Shown piece after piece: positions 50,641-64,000 of a stretch of 64,000 nt of DNA. The stretch lies in the NCBI RefSeq assembly GCF_009914755.1, contig NC_060927.1; one strand, given 5' to 3'. The notes under the pieces are model-generated. The model was not told the origin of the DNA. It saw only the letters and a program-made list of their open reading frames with translations, and made no database searches. The number at the start of each line of letters is the position of its first letter. Within the stretch, counting starts at the first letter, position 1. The position numbers and the translations under genes were made by a program. The stretch is from the human T2T-CHM13v2.0 reference genome, Homo sapiens.

Positions 50641-53600
50641 TCCCACCAAAGTGCTCACCTGGCCCACCCCACCTTTTGCTGAAATCTACCAATCCCCTCC
50701 TCCCCTCTTCCCTGGGCTGGCTGTTTGATACTTCCAGGCCTTTGCACCTGCAAGGCCCTCCCCCTAGAATGTCCTTCCCCTCTAGTGGGACTCCATGCAT
50801 CCTCTCTGCCTGGGAATGTTTGCTCCCTTCAGGGCACCCCGCCTGCTGGACCTCAACACATTTCATACTAGGTTGAGATTATCTACCTGCCCCCAAGACT
50901 AAGGAGCTCTGAGACAAGGACAAGAGTCCACTTGTCCTGTGTCCCCAGCAGGCAACATCACACTGGGCATGTGATAGGGCCACCAGAGTAGAACGAGGAG
51001 ACCTAGGCCCCGCCTCTTAACTCCTAACCCCTACAACTATAACACGTAGCATGGGGATACCCAGAGAAGCTGCTCAAACTGCTGGTTGGGTGGAGTTTTG
51101 GGGACTATGTGTGAGTGCTCAGAAAACGCATCCAGCATCCCTTCTTGTCGTACACATGGCTAGCCTCCTCTCTCATCCCACATCCTGACCCCTGAGTTTG
51201 GCAGGGCAGTGTTGCCCTAGGGGAGACTGAGGCAGATGGGCAGTGACTTGCTTATGGTCACAGAGCACATATGTTGCAGAGGTGGCTCTAGAACCCCAGG
51301 TTCCTGCCCTCTCTCTACCAAGGCAGGTGTTCATGCTTCCTCCATCCTTTTCCCAAACCATGAAAGCCCCTCTGATGAATCAGGCTACAGACCACACTCA
51401 TAGGAAGGGCAAGACACCCGCTCGGGAATCATGGCTGCCACAGAAATCAGGCTTTGCCTGTGAACCAGCAGTGAGAGCCTCCCTTGAGAAAGTCGGAGGG
51501 TTCCCCCACATGCAGAACTCCTGCCAATCCCCATCACTTCGCAGCAATCCTATCTCTGGAATCCTTTGGCCTAGCATTCACCAGCACGCAGGATTCCTAG
51601 GACGGATGGAACACAGGGCAGTTCTGGATACACAGATCTGACCAGTAATAAAAATGAATTACACAGCGAGGAAGTGATTCCCTTCTCAGTAATCTCCCAG
51701 CCCTTCTGATTCCATGCAGGAGTCTCCTTTCGGCTCTTCCACACTACCTCCCTGAAACTTGCAGACAAATAATTTTAAACAAAGACAGAGCAGGCTCCAG
51801 GCTCAGAGGCCCCACAGTACATGGATTCCAGCCCAAAGCATCAGGAGGCACTAATGGCAGAAGGTGAGGCTCAGGGAGGCTCTGTTGGGGCAACTCAGCT
51901 AGGCTGGAGGTTCTGGGCTCCTTTACACAGACTCTGCTGAGGGATTCTGTCTTCATCCTAAAGGTGTGGGTGGCAGAGGCCTCTCAGGGCTAGCCGAGGA
52001 AGCAGGAAGCGGGCACTTGAACGGCATCACCCAGCTCCTTCTCGAGACCTGAGGACAGCGTGAGGGCTGCCCCACTGCCATAGCCCCTGTCCCATCCCCA
52101 CTGTAAGCCTCTCCTCTGCAGTTGAGAGGCGTGAGCCTCTAGAGGAGCAGCAAAGCTGTGGCTTAGCTGTGCAAACAGAGAGGAAGGGAAGGGAGCAGAG
52201 AACACATGCCTTTAGGGATGGGCAGATCTGAGGTCAAATCCCAACTCAGTGTGCCTTAGTTTCCTCATCTGACAGATGGGGCTAACAGTTCCTGCCTCTA
52301 GTATGGCAGGGTTACACGAGATCACAAGCATAGAGCACTTAGCGGAGGGTGGCACACAGTAGGTGCTAGATAAATAATATGTAACCGTTATTAGTGTTGT
52401 GGTTATTCCGCATGGAGCCCAACCCCTTGTGTGTGAATGGGGATGGGAGGCCCAGTGAGGTGAAGGCAGGAAAGTCAGGAATCTGATGCGTTCCATGAAC
52501 TATCACATCAAATCCTCAGAGCGCATGAGGGTGGTCCTAGGAACATCCCTATTTTACAAGCAAGGAAACTGAAGCTCAGAGAGGTGCGGTATTCTACCAG
52601 AGTCACACAGCATGCATGCGGCAAAACAGGTCTCAGGTCCTAGCCACCAGACTAGGCCGCTGCCACATCTAGGCCCAGGGAGCACCCCTTATAAAACCCC
52701 TATTGTGGGCCAGGCTGTGGGCCGAGCCCCGCCTGGCTGGCTTAGCCCAGGGAGGGCAGGCTGCGTTGCCTGGGGTTTTGCAGACTGTTAAGTGGCAGAG
52801 CACGGTTGGGAGCTCTGGCTGTGGATGAGGCCGCTTCCTAGCTCCATCAGTGCCTTTGGTAGGAAGAGAAATGGCCCAGGTGGTCTGCAGTGCCAGCTGA
52901 AATTGACGTGTGGAGAGCACAGCAATAAATAAGTAATAAATAAATAAGGAGGCCGAGGATCCCAGGGTGCGGGAGAGGCAGAGTTCCGACCTGGTGGGGT
53001 TTCCTGTCACCAGTTAACCCTGGAGGGTGCCCTGTAAGTGTCCCAGGCCTTACAGGTGAGGACACTCTGAGGACCACATCCAGACCTGCATAGGGAGGTG
53101 GATCTGCCAGCTCCAGGCCCAGCTCTGGGTCTCTGTCCCCTACACACCCACCCCAGAGACCCCACAGGCCTCAGGGCCCACTGCAGGAGCCTACAGTTAT
53201 GTGCAAAACTGACTACGGAGCCCAGCCTGAAAACTCCCTGACTATGTGGCACTTCCCTTCCCTGGGGCCCCTTAGCTCTTCAGCTGCAAGAGGGATAACC
53301 TCGCCCTACCTGCCACCTACGGCTGTCCTGGGTCAAATGAAGAAGGGGAGCTCCGAGGGCAGGGTGGATCTGTCCATTACGCCTGGCACTGACTTGGAGG
53401 GGGCAAAATACTTGTTAGGTGCAATCTCAGGAGTGTTTAATGGTGTGGGCTGTGGAGCCAGCCTGCCCGGGTTCAAATCCCAGCTCCACCACCTTCTAGC
53501 TGTGCAACAAGACCGTGTTACTTACCTGACTGAGCCTCAGTTTCCTCACCTATAAAGTGGAGATGATAATAGGATGTGCCTTCCTGTATGCTGTGAGAGT

Positions 53601-54363
53601 GAAACGGGATCAAATGAACATGAAGCTCCTCACACACATTCATTAAAAACACAGAGCATTATCTTAAGATTGGTCTTGCAGAGTTCCAAGTGAAATTGGA
53701 ATTCAAGTAGACCTTGGGGAGTCAAGTGGACCAAGGGCCAATTCCTTGGTTTAAGTGGAATTCAGGTAGACCCTGGTGGGTCTGGTAAATTAGGAGTGCA
53801 GGTGAGCCAAGGTGTATGCTGAGAAAGAATTTATCAAAAAAAAAAAAAGGAGCCAAGAGAGATGCTATGATCCAGTAGTTTCTAATGGTAGCATCCCAGC
53901 ATTATGTTGGGCCCAAGAGAAGACAACTGTGGGAGGCAGTGGTCGGTGTATTTCTCTGTCTCGTCCCAAGCTCAGATGTGTCACCTCTGTCTTGGGGGTG
54001 CAGGATCCACCAGAAGTCACTAGGGCTCAGCCTGTTCAGAGCTAATTTGGGAGGTGGCTCCATAGATCCCAGAAGATCCAGGTCCCACCTGAGGAGCTGC
54101 CTGGCTACAGTAGGTGCAACACAAGAAACGGAACTGAGGAAGACATGGTCCCTGTCCTCTAAAAACTCCTGGCAGAGACAGACGCTGCTTCTCCCTGAGC
54201 CTCAGTTTCCCCGTCTGAACACTGGGGTCAAGAATCTGCACCTCATAGTGCTGCAGGAAAAGAAATAATGAGTCCACATAACTCCAGCCCCATCCCTGTG
54301 TCAGCAGAGGCTGGGGAGAACTTGAGGCCAGTTATGATTTGATGATTTATGCTAGGCATCTGA

Positions 54364-54680
54364 GGATGGGCTTGGTGGCTCAGACCCGTAATTCCAGCCC
54401 TTTGGGAGGCCAAGGTGGGACAATCACTTCAGGCCAGGAGTTCAAGACCCGCCTGGGCAACATAGTGAGACTCTGTCTCTATAATTTTTTTTTTTAATTA
54501 GCCTGGCATGGTGGTGCATGCCTATAGTCCCAGCTACTCACGAGGCTGAGGCAGGAGGATCACTTGAGCCCAGGAGTTTGAGGCTGCAGTGATCTCTGAT
54601 CGTAGCACTGCATTCCAGCCTGAGTGACAGAGGGAGATCCTGTCTAAAAAAACCCAGCAACAACAAAACAAAAACAAAAA
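54364..54680 (+). mobile_element. AluJ-like element
   Basis: Alu dimer with (CAA/CAAAA) tail. Confidence 0.9.
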
Positions 54681-54709
54681 GCACGTGTATGTATACAGTA
54701 TACAGTCAA

Positions 54710-55220
54710 TATGCTTCTCTGCCCATGTGCAGTCCAGCTTCTCTAGACTTCTATCCCCTTTTCTCCCAGCAATGTCACCCCCATTTCCCTTGGGGAGCTG
54801 CTCCTTCCCTGCATCCAGGGGAGGAGCTTTGTCTTTCAGCTCCAGGAGAGCCTTGACCCAAAGCAGACCAAGTAGCCTATCCCAATCCCCAGCCACGGCA
54901 AGCAGCTCAAGGATGGGCACATGACCCAAGTCAACCCAGTGAGATGCTATTCTGGGGCTTTGGATGAAGCCACTAGGAAAGGGAATCTTCTGGAGGTGTG
55001 GAGAAGCTGTGTCAGTCAGGCTGCTGGCGGCCACTGTGGCACCAAAAGAGAAGAGAAAGACAAATCCAATCCTGATGATGATGGCATCTCAGCACCTGGA
55101 ACCCACCATGCCTGAAGTTGGGTATCCCTTTTGAACTTAAGCCAATACATTCCCTTCTTTGTTTAAGCCAGTTTGGGTTTGGTTTTTGGTAACTTGGGCC
55201 CAAAAGTATCCTGACTAATC
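54710..55220 (+). mobile_element. MLT1K/J-like LTR
   Basis: gggcacatgacccaag...ttgtttaagccagtttgggtttggtttttggtaacttg...tcctgactaat. Confidence 0.75.
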
Positions 55221-56559
55221 CAGTGTCTTCCTCATCTCAGAGTTCCAGATTCCAGCACACAGCAGGGGCGCAGCAAGGGCTCAGTGAATGAGAGATGGAA
55301 CATGGAATAATATGCTCCCCAAACTCTACCTTCAGCAGAGGACCCCTGGGCCCTCAACTTTAGTCAAAGGAGGCCACAGCTGGATATGAATTACTTTGGG
55401 TGCAGGGGCCCCAGCTGAGCAGTTCGACTGGAAGATCAGGAAGACAGCAGAGGGAGGCTTGGGGTCCTAGGTTCCAGCCATCTGAAGCTTGCTCATTACC
55501 TGAGCCACACCTGCCAGGCTCCCCTGTGCTCCCCAGATTTTTGCAGGATCCTTCTGCAGACAGCAGCCCCAGGGAATTGTGAGGGAACAGAGGCTCCCTT
55601 AAAGGAGATGAACCCATGGATGCTTCAGGCTGAGTCATCAAGAAAACAGCAAGGGCAGATCAGCCCGGCTGGGAGCCAGGAGGTCTGAGTTCAGGCCCCA
55701 GCCAGTGTGCACTACTGTGTGGCCTCGAGCAAGTCTCTGCTATTCTCTGGCCTCCATGGGCTGTACTCCATGGTCTTCCCTAAGTTCATCCTCCCTATAG
55801 CATTCTCACTTTCTCGGTCCCAAGGCCCAGAGAGGTTCCCCCTGTTGTCAAAGGTCACACAGCCACTAAGGTGGCCAAGCCAGGATTCAAACACAGGACT
55901 ATCTGGCTCTCCTCAAAACTGAGGCTGCACAGAGCCCAGGAGATAGGTTAAAGAAGGGAAAAGATCACAGAGGGATCCAGGCCAGCCTCCACCAATGCTG
56001 CTTTTTCCATTCCTGCCTCAGCTTCACAAAGCTCCAGAGGCCCCAGGTTGCTGCCATCCCCGCCTGCTTCCCGAAACAAATTAGCATCTCATCAGAGATG
56101 CCTTTAATCTTCTCAGCCTTTTCTTCCCCACGGGCCAAGTGGTGACATTTCTGCTGCCCAGCTCTACTGATCTAAATAAGACCAAGGCCGCCAAGGCTGG
56201 CTCTGTGGGTGGAAGAGAGGAGGCTGGGGGCAGACCCTCTTGACCGTTTATCCAGGCTGGGGGAGGGAGAGGATGCAGGCAGATGCAGGTCATCCATCCA
56301 TCTCTCCATCCATTTGCTCATCCAGCAGATCTTTATTCAGCACTGTCTGTGTGCCAAGCGTGGAGGTACAGCCACCAAGGCTTCGAGGTGCTAATATTCT
56401 AGTGAGGAAGACAGGGTAAATGACAGATGTAACAGATAAGTAAAGGATGCAACATGTTGCGAGGTGAAAGCTGCGAAAAATAAACAGAGCAAGTGAGGAG
56501 TACCGGAGTACAGAAGTTGATGTTGCCAGTTACAAAGGGGCTGGTCCCCCCAGAACCCA

Positions 56560-57680
56560 GACTCTGGACTCTAAATTCCTTTGCCCAGCAAAAGGACCCC
56601 CAGGACTCCTGAAAGCAATGGATGATTGCAGGGCTGAGGCAGGGAAAATGCAATATGAGCCTTTCTTGTAGTCTCAGAAAGTAAGGAAGTGTTCAGGGTC
56701 TGAGTGGGGGAAGTTGTGAGGACACAGAAGCCAGCTGGAGGGGTCTCCCACCGGCCAAATCTGGGACAACTTGAACATCAGAAAAGAATCATGACTACAA
56801 AACTGCAGTGATCCATGTGTTCCTATTGATTCTGAAAAGAAAAAAATAAAATCTGGCTGGTTCCTTTGGGGGTGGTTAAGATACCACATCATTTTTCTAT
56901 GAACAGATACATGAAGGTAAAGAATGAAGCACGTTTCCTGTGTTTCCTGTATACGCAGTGTTTTAGGAGGCCCTAATAAGGGAAAGGCATCCTTCAGAGA
57001 AGAACCACAGCAGATAAGTGCTGAAGAAATGACGGAATTGGAAAACCACCTTTTTGCAATCCTAGTGAAATAAAGGATCCAGCACTGACTCTGTGACAGA
57101 GGGATGAGGCAGACGGTCCTCGGACTCCCGAGGCAGACGGTCCTCGGACTCCCGGACAGGTCTCAGCATCGCCCAGAGTGGAACTACGTGGCATTACGTG
57201 CGCCAGATGGGACGTGGAAGGAAGCCCACAGCATTCCCTGAGATGGATTCTTTCCTGCAAAATTGGACCTGAATCAAATCCAGCTTTAGCCCCAAATATC
57301 AGTGGGGAGAAAGTACAATGGGGCAGAAGAATGAATTAAATGATACCACGAGAACATTCCACAGGAAGAATGGCCTGGGTTCTCCAACAAATAATGAGAG
57401 TGGGGGAAAAAAAAAAGGAGGGAAAAGGGACTGTTACAGATTAAAAGAGACACAAGAGACTGATCAACCAAATGTGGCAAGGGACCTTACTTGAATCCTG
57501 ATTTGAATAAACCGATCATGAAAAGACATTTTGGAGACAACCAGGGAAAATTGCACGCAGACTGGGTACAAGATGATATGAAGAAATTATGGTTAATTCT
57601 GCTGGGTTGCTGCTGCTGTTGTAATTAGAGTTGAGAAAAAGTCTTTATCTGTGGAGATACAGATGAAACAAAAAAAAAAG
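56560..57680 (+). mobile_element. L1MC-like 3' region
   Basis: caaatctgggacaacttgaacatca...gattaaaagagacacaagagac...tgaatcctgatttgaataaacc. Confidence 0.7.
57106..57153. repeat. 24-bp tandem duplication gaggcagacggtcctcggactccc x2
   Basis: Directly visible. Confidence 0.85.
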
Positions 57681-60600
57681 TTCTGTGGTTTGCCCTTAAA
57701 ATGCCTCAAGGGTATTTCTGTGTTATATGTGCCATTTGGAAGTAAATGAAAATTTAAAATTTAAAATAAAAATTAAAAGAGGGAGTCATAAAAGGCCTCA
57801 CTAAAAAGGTGACATTTAGAGAAAGGGTTAAAAGAGGGAGGGTGCCTTGGTGGGCGGGGGCTGGGGGAAGAGTGTGCTCCTGAGGGAGGAGGAGCAGCGT
57901 GGGCCTGGAGGGTCCGAGGAAGGTCAAGCAATGCAGGGTCTCCTGAGGATCTGGCTTTTCCTCTGAGGATGTGGGAGCTTTGCCTGGGGCTTTAACACCA
58001 TCCCTCTGGCTGCTAGAGGGAGAAGGCAGGGAGGAGGGGTGTAGGGGAAGGGCACAGAACTCGGGGCTCCACAGTCATCAAGCCTCACCTTATCATAAGG
58101 TGATGTCACCTGGCTGCTAGAATTACAGGGGAGCTTAAAAGAACTAGTGCTGAATCAGAAACTTGGGGGGTGGCATCCAGGCAGTGGCCACTTTTTAAGC
58201 TTCCCCAGTGATTCTACTGAACACTGGAGTGGAGAGTCACTGTCACCTTGCTGCCCTAAAATGAAGACGGGAACACTGCCATTCGGAGAAAGAAAGCGGC
58301 TGTTTCTGCTTCACATGGCGACCGAGTGGCAGAGGAAGGATTTCCAATAAACCCCTCCACCCTTACCCATCTTCTGCCCTCCACCCTCACCAGACCTGCT
58401 CTGAGGCTCAGGAAGCAGAGGAAGCAGCCCCAAGGGAGGCTAAAACCCTGCCAGGGGAAGCAGCTCATCCATCTGATGGCTCCCAGACAATCCCGAGCCA
58501 AGAAAGAAAATGCCACCAAGCGTTTTCAGTATGGGCTAGGGCGGCTGGCTGACAGGTGCACCCACAGAGCCACCTGCCAAGAAACAGGTGGCATGTCTGT
58601 TAATATTCCTGGCACTGCCTTTAAAGAGCAATAATTAGGAGCAAAAGCCTGGGCAGGCACCATTCACAAGTACGCAGATTAAATCGTGGGCCGCGTGGGT
58701 GGAGGTGTCGGAAATGCCACTACGGTCCTCGTGTGCCACGGGGCAGCAGCTCCACCGGGGCTCCTCCTCAAGCCAGGCCACGGCAGTGCCGGCCACCTCC
58801 TCCACTCTGACCCCAGGCTCCCTCCCCACACCTGCCATGTCTCAGGGAGGGGACGGCCTGCCGAGGGGGTTCCGAGTCAAACAGTGCTGGATTCAAATCC
58901 CATGCTGCTTAGCCATCCCTAAAGTCAGTAAGTATAGTATCACACAGGCACCCGGTGGTGTGACATTTCATGAAAATGACACAAGTCTGGGGCCTGCAAG
59001 GGCTCCGTGCGTGGGACCTGACTTAAAATTATGTACCAGGCATTTCTCTTGCTGAGCTTCAGTTTCCTCATCTGAAAAATGGGGAAAGGGGAGAAAGATG
59101 AATCACGTTAATGATCACTCTGTGACAAAGGCAGACACTGTTCCCAGCCCTGGATGCACATTAACCTTCTTCAACACCCCACCACAGGGGGCCTGATTAT
59201 GCTCATGAATAGGGAGATCAGGCAGGAGGCCAAGGTCATGCAGCCTGAAGCCGAGTGGGAATCTGAATCAGGTGCTGGCCAGGCCTACCCTGGGACCCAC
59301 CCTGCTATTCTAAACACAGACGCGCCTCTTGCTCAGCTCCGTGCGAGCATGTGGGTGGTGTGATTCAATAGAGCAAACACAGCACCCCGAGCACAAGGGG
59401 CACGGCACAGCCCACAGCCGGGCACCCGAGCTCCAGTGACCCTGGGTCTCTGTGCCAGGGGGTCTGCCCAGCATTTCTGGGGGTTGAGAGGGCTTTTCCA
59501 GGTCAGAAGTGGGAGATGGGATCAGGCTCCCGCTCTTCCCTGGGCACCAGCCAGTGAGACCCTCATCTGGGAAACGAGGCAAGAATTAAGGGAAAGGGGC
59601 GAAGGCTGGGTCTACCCTTGGGGAGACAGTGTTACATGAGGGGTTCTTGTCCCCTCTGGCAGGTGGGTTAATTGAGAAGGGAAAAAACAAGCTCAAGGTC
59701 ACAGAGTCCATTGAAAGCAGAGTCAGGGCTTGAACTCAAGTGCTGGGCTCCCAGACGGGGCTGCTGTTCCCACTTAGCAGATGTGCCTGTTGGGCCAGTG
59801 GCTGGAGTGGAGCTGGACCCCCACGCTAATAGGGCTTCTCAGGCCCTCACAAACACAGGAAAAGGCCTCCAGCCTCCACATGGCAACAAGAACCAACCCG
59901 CACAGCTGGGCAGGACCCTGCCTCCTCTCTCCCTACCTCCCCAACAAATCCCACACCCCAAGTCCCAAAGGCCCGGAGAGGTGGGAGAGCAGGTTGTACC
60001 ACAGGATGAGAAGGGGCTGTGTAAAATTTACCCACTCCGGGCCTTGGCATCCTCAGTGTAAGTGGCCAGCAGCACAGCACTGCCTTGGGAAAGGGAAAGT
60101 GGGTGTGACAGACCCTTGCAGGGAGCTACGTCCCAGCATCGCCCTTCACGCGGGCAGTCTGCAGGTCTGTACCTCCCACCTGGCCCATAGAAAACTGGAA
60201 GCCCACACAGAGGGGCGCTGGAGCTTGTCCCGGCCACCTCGTCACCAGCACAGCCCCCATCCTGCCATGCATCTCACCCCCACAACTGCCAAGCTCAAGC
60301 ACAGAGAAAGGAGCATGCCCGAGGTGACACAGCTCACTCATAGCTTGCTAGTGGCAGGGCCATCTCTGGGTGCTGCTTCCTGTGGGTCACGGCACAGAGG
60401 CTTCTAGCCTCAGATGAAGAAAGGGAGGAGCGCATCCCAGAGGTGCCCTGAGGCTCTCAGACAGCCCAGCCTTGCTGCAGCATGGCCAATATCTGTGTGA
60501 TCTTTCTCCAGGTCAGCAGGGTCAATGATCTGGACAAAGTCCTGTGACTCTGGCCATTCAAACGAGCCACTGTAGTGTGGGAATCGGAGTCCAGCAGGAA

Positions 60601-61414
60601 ACTAGGTGACAGACCACGAGAGCCACAGGGCTCTTAGACAAGATCACAGAGCCACATGACCACAGGGGACTGGGTGATAGCCCACAAGGCCACAGAGCTC
60701 CCAGGGATGGGGACACAGAGTCACACACCACAGGACTGGGCGACAGCCTACAAGGGCACACAAAATTGAAACCCTGGAGCCACAGAATGTTAGCTTCAGG
60801 AAGCCCCAGATGGTAGCTCAAGAACTGCAGGCATTACGCTCATGGATCCATACCCACCACACTGTGGTCTGGCCACAGGCCATTAGAACCGCAGCAGAGA
60901 ATGCCAGAACTACAGACAGAAGCCACAGCAGCGAGTGGAGCCAAACCACAGGTTATCAGAGTCAGGGTGGGGACAGAGCAAGGCGATCAACATCATTGGA
61001 CCTCAGACCATTCAGTGTTCAAAGGGACAGTGTAAGCCATCCGTGTTGCTCACCAAGCAAGCCGTGACCTCCTAAAAGCTCCTTTTCACAGCCCCTGACC
61101 CCTCCAATCTTGCCCTTAGCTCCAGAGAGCTCCAATCTTGCCCTTAACCCTGGAAAACTCCCCTTTCCATGGCTTCCAGTGAGAGATGCAGTCACATGGC
61201 CACTGTGTGACCTGGGATGATTCTCTGCCTACTCTGGGCCTCAGTTTCCCCACTGTAAAATTAAGAAGTTGGCCCTCTCTGAGGTCCTTTCTGATTATTG
61301 GAGGTGGGGTCCAATAATCAAAGGTAGGGTCAACCTCACCTCCAATAATCTGTGAAATGATCACATCACTTCTCTCCCTCTCTACAATCTTCTGTGGCTC
61401 CCAAAGGACTCACT

Positions 61415-61446
61415 TGAATGAATGAATGAATGAATGAATGAATGAA
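61415..61446. repeat. (TGAA)n microsatellite, probably L2-tail derived
   Basis: Directly visible. Confidence 0.9.
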
Positions 61447-61818
61447 CGTCAACTGCCCAGCCTTGAGGCATCTTTTTGCCCTTTGCCCTCAGTCCTGCTG
61501 CTTGAGGCCAGCTGGAGCATTCAATGATTCCCCTCGATTTCCCTTTCAGTTTGGGGCAGATTCTTATGCAACTCACTCAGCAGTGAGGGCAAGGCTAGGA
61601 CTCAAACCCAGGACTCTTGGTTCCAAACACCCTTCCAATCTGTTCCTGAGCACTGGAAAAAATACCTACAAGGAAGAAGGGAGCAGGCCCCTAAGACGAA
61701 TCTTGGCTACAAGTCATTCTAAGCCCCCTGCCTCTGCAGCATGGGATCCCACTCAGTGAGGCCAACCATCCCTCATGACCTCCCTGGGGACCCTGCATGC
61801 CTCTGGGCTGCAGTGTCA

Positions 61819-61887
61819 CATGGCATCCCAGGAGTCATGGCATCCCAGGAGACATGGCATCCCAGGAAACATGGCATCCCAGGAGTC
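61819..61887. repeat. 17-bp tandem repeat catggcatcccaggaRW x4
   Basis: Directly visible. Confidence 0.9.
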
Positions 61888-62109
61888 AGGAGAGACAGCA
61901 CGAGGTTCAGGATGATGCCACCACTCCAGGGACAAGGAAAACCAGGGGTGATAACAAGGTCACAACACACACTGGGGACTCTTCTAGTCCTCAAACAAGG
62001 ATTTTCATGAGGCCCTGGCAGTGGGAGCATTGAGAGAACCTGTAATGATGATGACAGCGGTATAATCCAGTAGCATTTATTCCCAGGCCCAAAGCATTCA
62101 ATAGTGCCC

Positions 62110-62760
62110 GTCATTCATTCACTTGCTCATGTGCTGGGCAGCTCTTATGCTCCAGCAGTGAATAAGGCTTCCAGCACTTACGTTCTATGCAGAGAGACAA
62201 ACAAAGACATGATAAATATGTAACACAACACAGGTTGAAATAAGTGCTTTGAAGAAAAATGAAGTGGTGTGAGATGGTTATGAGGTAGGGGGAGGTCTCT
62301 GTGATCAAGTCTTCACACAAATGAAGGGAATAGGGGACCCAACCATGCCCAACCATGCAGATTGCTGAGCCAGGCAAAGAACACAGCCCATGCAAAGGCC
62401 CTGGTTTAAGGCCCAGCAAGGAGGCCAGGGCTGAAGCTGAGTGATGGACGGAGTAGCAGAAAGGATGTCAGTGGGGTCCCAGGGGCAGACCACCAAGGGC
62501 CAGGTTGGCTGCAGTGAGGACTTTGGTCTTCCTCAGAGGGAGGTGGGAGCCATGGGAGGGTGTTGAAGAGAGGAGGGAGTGATCTGACCTAGGTTTTAAC
62601 AGTATCCCTGTGGCTGCAGGGGAGGGACAGACTGAGGAGGGAGTGAGGGTGGAGGTGGGAAGACCAGTGAAGAGGCCACTGCAACCATGCAACTAATAGA
62701 CACCGGGACGTGGACCAGGTCCGTAAGAGGCAGCCAGTCGTGGACATGTTTTAAAGAAAA
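62110..62760 (-). mobile_element. L2 fragment (others at about 6250-6740, 15220-15910, 40215-40830, 43240-43560); many MIRs throughout the window
   Basis: tcattcattc...gcaaaggccctgg...gtgggagccatgggaggg...ctgacctaggtttt motifs. The MIR core (cctcagtttcctcatctgtaaaatggg) recurs dozens of times. Confidence 0.7.
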
Positions 62761-64000
62761 GTAGTGACTCATTATAGACACACACAGCCCTGTGAGGCCA
62801 GGAGAAGTATGTTCACTTTACAGAGGAGGAACCTGAGGCTCAGAGAGGTTAAGTCACCTGCCCAGTGTCACACAGCAAGGGAGTGTCAGAGCTGGGATTA
62901 AAACCCAGGCCATCTGGTTCCGAGGCCTGTGCTCTCTCATTCTGTCATGAGCGTCTCCTTGGGACTCATACCTGACTCACGTGGCACAGGTCTGGGGTCT
63001 GAGATTGGAAGTGGACCATCCCCACCCCCAACACTAGTGCCAGGATCAGCTACAGAGCAAAACTGGGAAGGGGTCCAGAAGTATACCTGTGTGGCAGGGA
63101 GACAGAGATGGGATGGGGCCCCTGCATAGGTTGGGACAGGTGAGAGCGAGGGAGGAAGTAGCTAGGGATGTATTCCAGCTTTCTGGACCTGGATGTGGAG
63201 TGTGAGGTCAGCACACCATGAGCACTCAGCAAACAACCCCCATGGGCAGGCCGTGCAGTCAGACAACCGAGGCTCCAACCTCGGCTCTGCCCTTCACCAG
63301 CTGTGTGGCCTCCAGAGCATCACTTACCCTCTCCATGTCTCGGCTTCCTGACCTGCTCACTGGGGCTGTTGTGGGGGTAATGCAGGGAAAATGCTGGGGA
63401 AAATGCTGGCCAGGCAGCTAGCAGAGTAATCAATCCAGCTGACAGGCAGAAGCTGGGCCATCAGGATTACAGGGAGGGGCTGCAGTGCCAGCCTTCCCCA
63501 CTCTGCCCAGACGCCCCCGCCTTATGGGGCTTTGCCTCCCACCCACTTTCCATCTTCTGCAGTGGACTCGGGGCCTCCTTCCTGTCCCTGATTCAGAAGT
63601 GACAGCCAAGACTGAGTTGTGCCTGCTAGCCTGGAATTACAACTTCTGGAGAAGAAAATGATTAACATGGTTGCAGAAGGCTGGATTCTTAGAATCGGGC
63701 TGTGTCAGAGAAAGCTTCTGGTCCAAACTACACCCCACCCATTTTACAGTTGGGGAAACTGAGGCCAGGAGAGAGGGCACATTTTCTAAGCCACTGGATC
63801 CTTAGGGCCTGGTGCCTAGTCCCCTGCCTTGGGGGAGTCCCAGGGAGGCCTAGGGGATACAGTCAGGGCAATGGGCTTGGCCAATCAGGATTGCCAGGGC
63901 CCTGCTGGGCCACGCATTAAAGTTCTGGTTGCCGGATCGTGGGAGATCCAGGGGTCCTGGGGGAGAGACCTGGAGACATTGGGTGAGGAGACCTTGGGGA

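Noticed and set aside
52690-52696. TATAAAA on the + strand (also TATAAA near 29358) as an antisense promoter
   Set aside because: An isolated hexamer/heptamer is expected by chance, and no supporting exon structure was seen.
61819-61887. CRISPR-like repeat array
   Set aside because: Head-to-tail 17-mers without spacers in mammalian DNA; an ordinary minisatellite.
50351-64000. Palmitoylated pABP-L/GRIP1b-type leader exon (M-x-G-W...C11)
   Set aside because: Searched by eye on the minus strand and not found; it probably lies beyond the window if present.

Overview
Primate (very likely human, 3p25) genomic DNA. The window holds most of GRIP2 (glutamate receptor-interacting protein 2/ABP, a multi-PDZ AMPA-receptor scaffold) on the minus strand. 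I reconstructed coding exons 2-20 (PDZ1-PDZ6 plus linker) from GT/AG boundaries with consistent phases. Two alternative first coding exons are present: MLCGLSRETPGEA at 34675-34714 and MLAVSLKWRLGVVRRRLK at about 50290-50350. PDZ7 and the 3' end lie left of base 1. The rest is intron and upstream DNA rich in Alu, MIR, L2, L1, MER and MLT repeats, and most ORFs in the supplied track are spurious. I found no new multi-gene system. The most unusual signals are: (i) a full-length U6 snRNA joined directly to an L1MA 3' end inside one target-site duplication (U6/L1 chimeric retrocopy); (ii) several apparent locally templated insertions in intron 1, namely a perfect 69-bp copy inside a GA microsatellite, a ~235-bp inverted copy inside an L2, and 27-bp and 14-bp snap-back palindromes; (iii) in-frame tandem donors on the upstream first exon; (iv) identical intron position and phase in all six PDZ domains. 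Repeat boundaries and subfamily names were judged by eye and are approximate.
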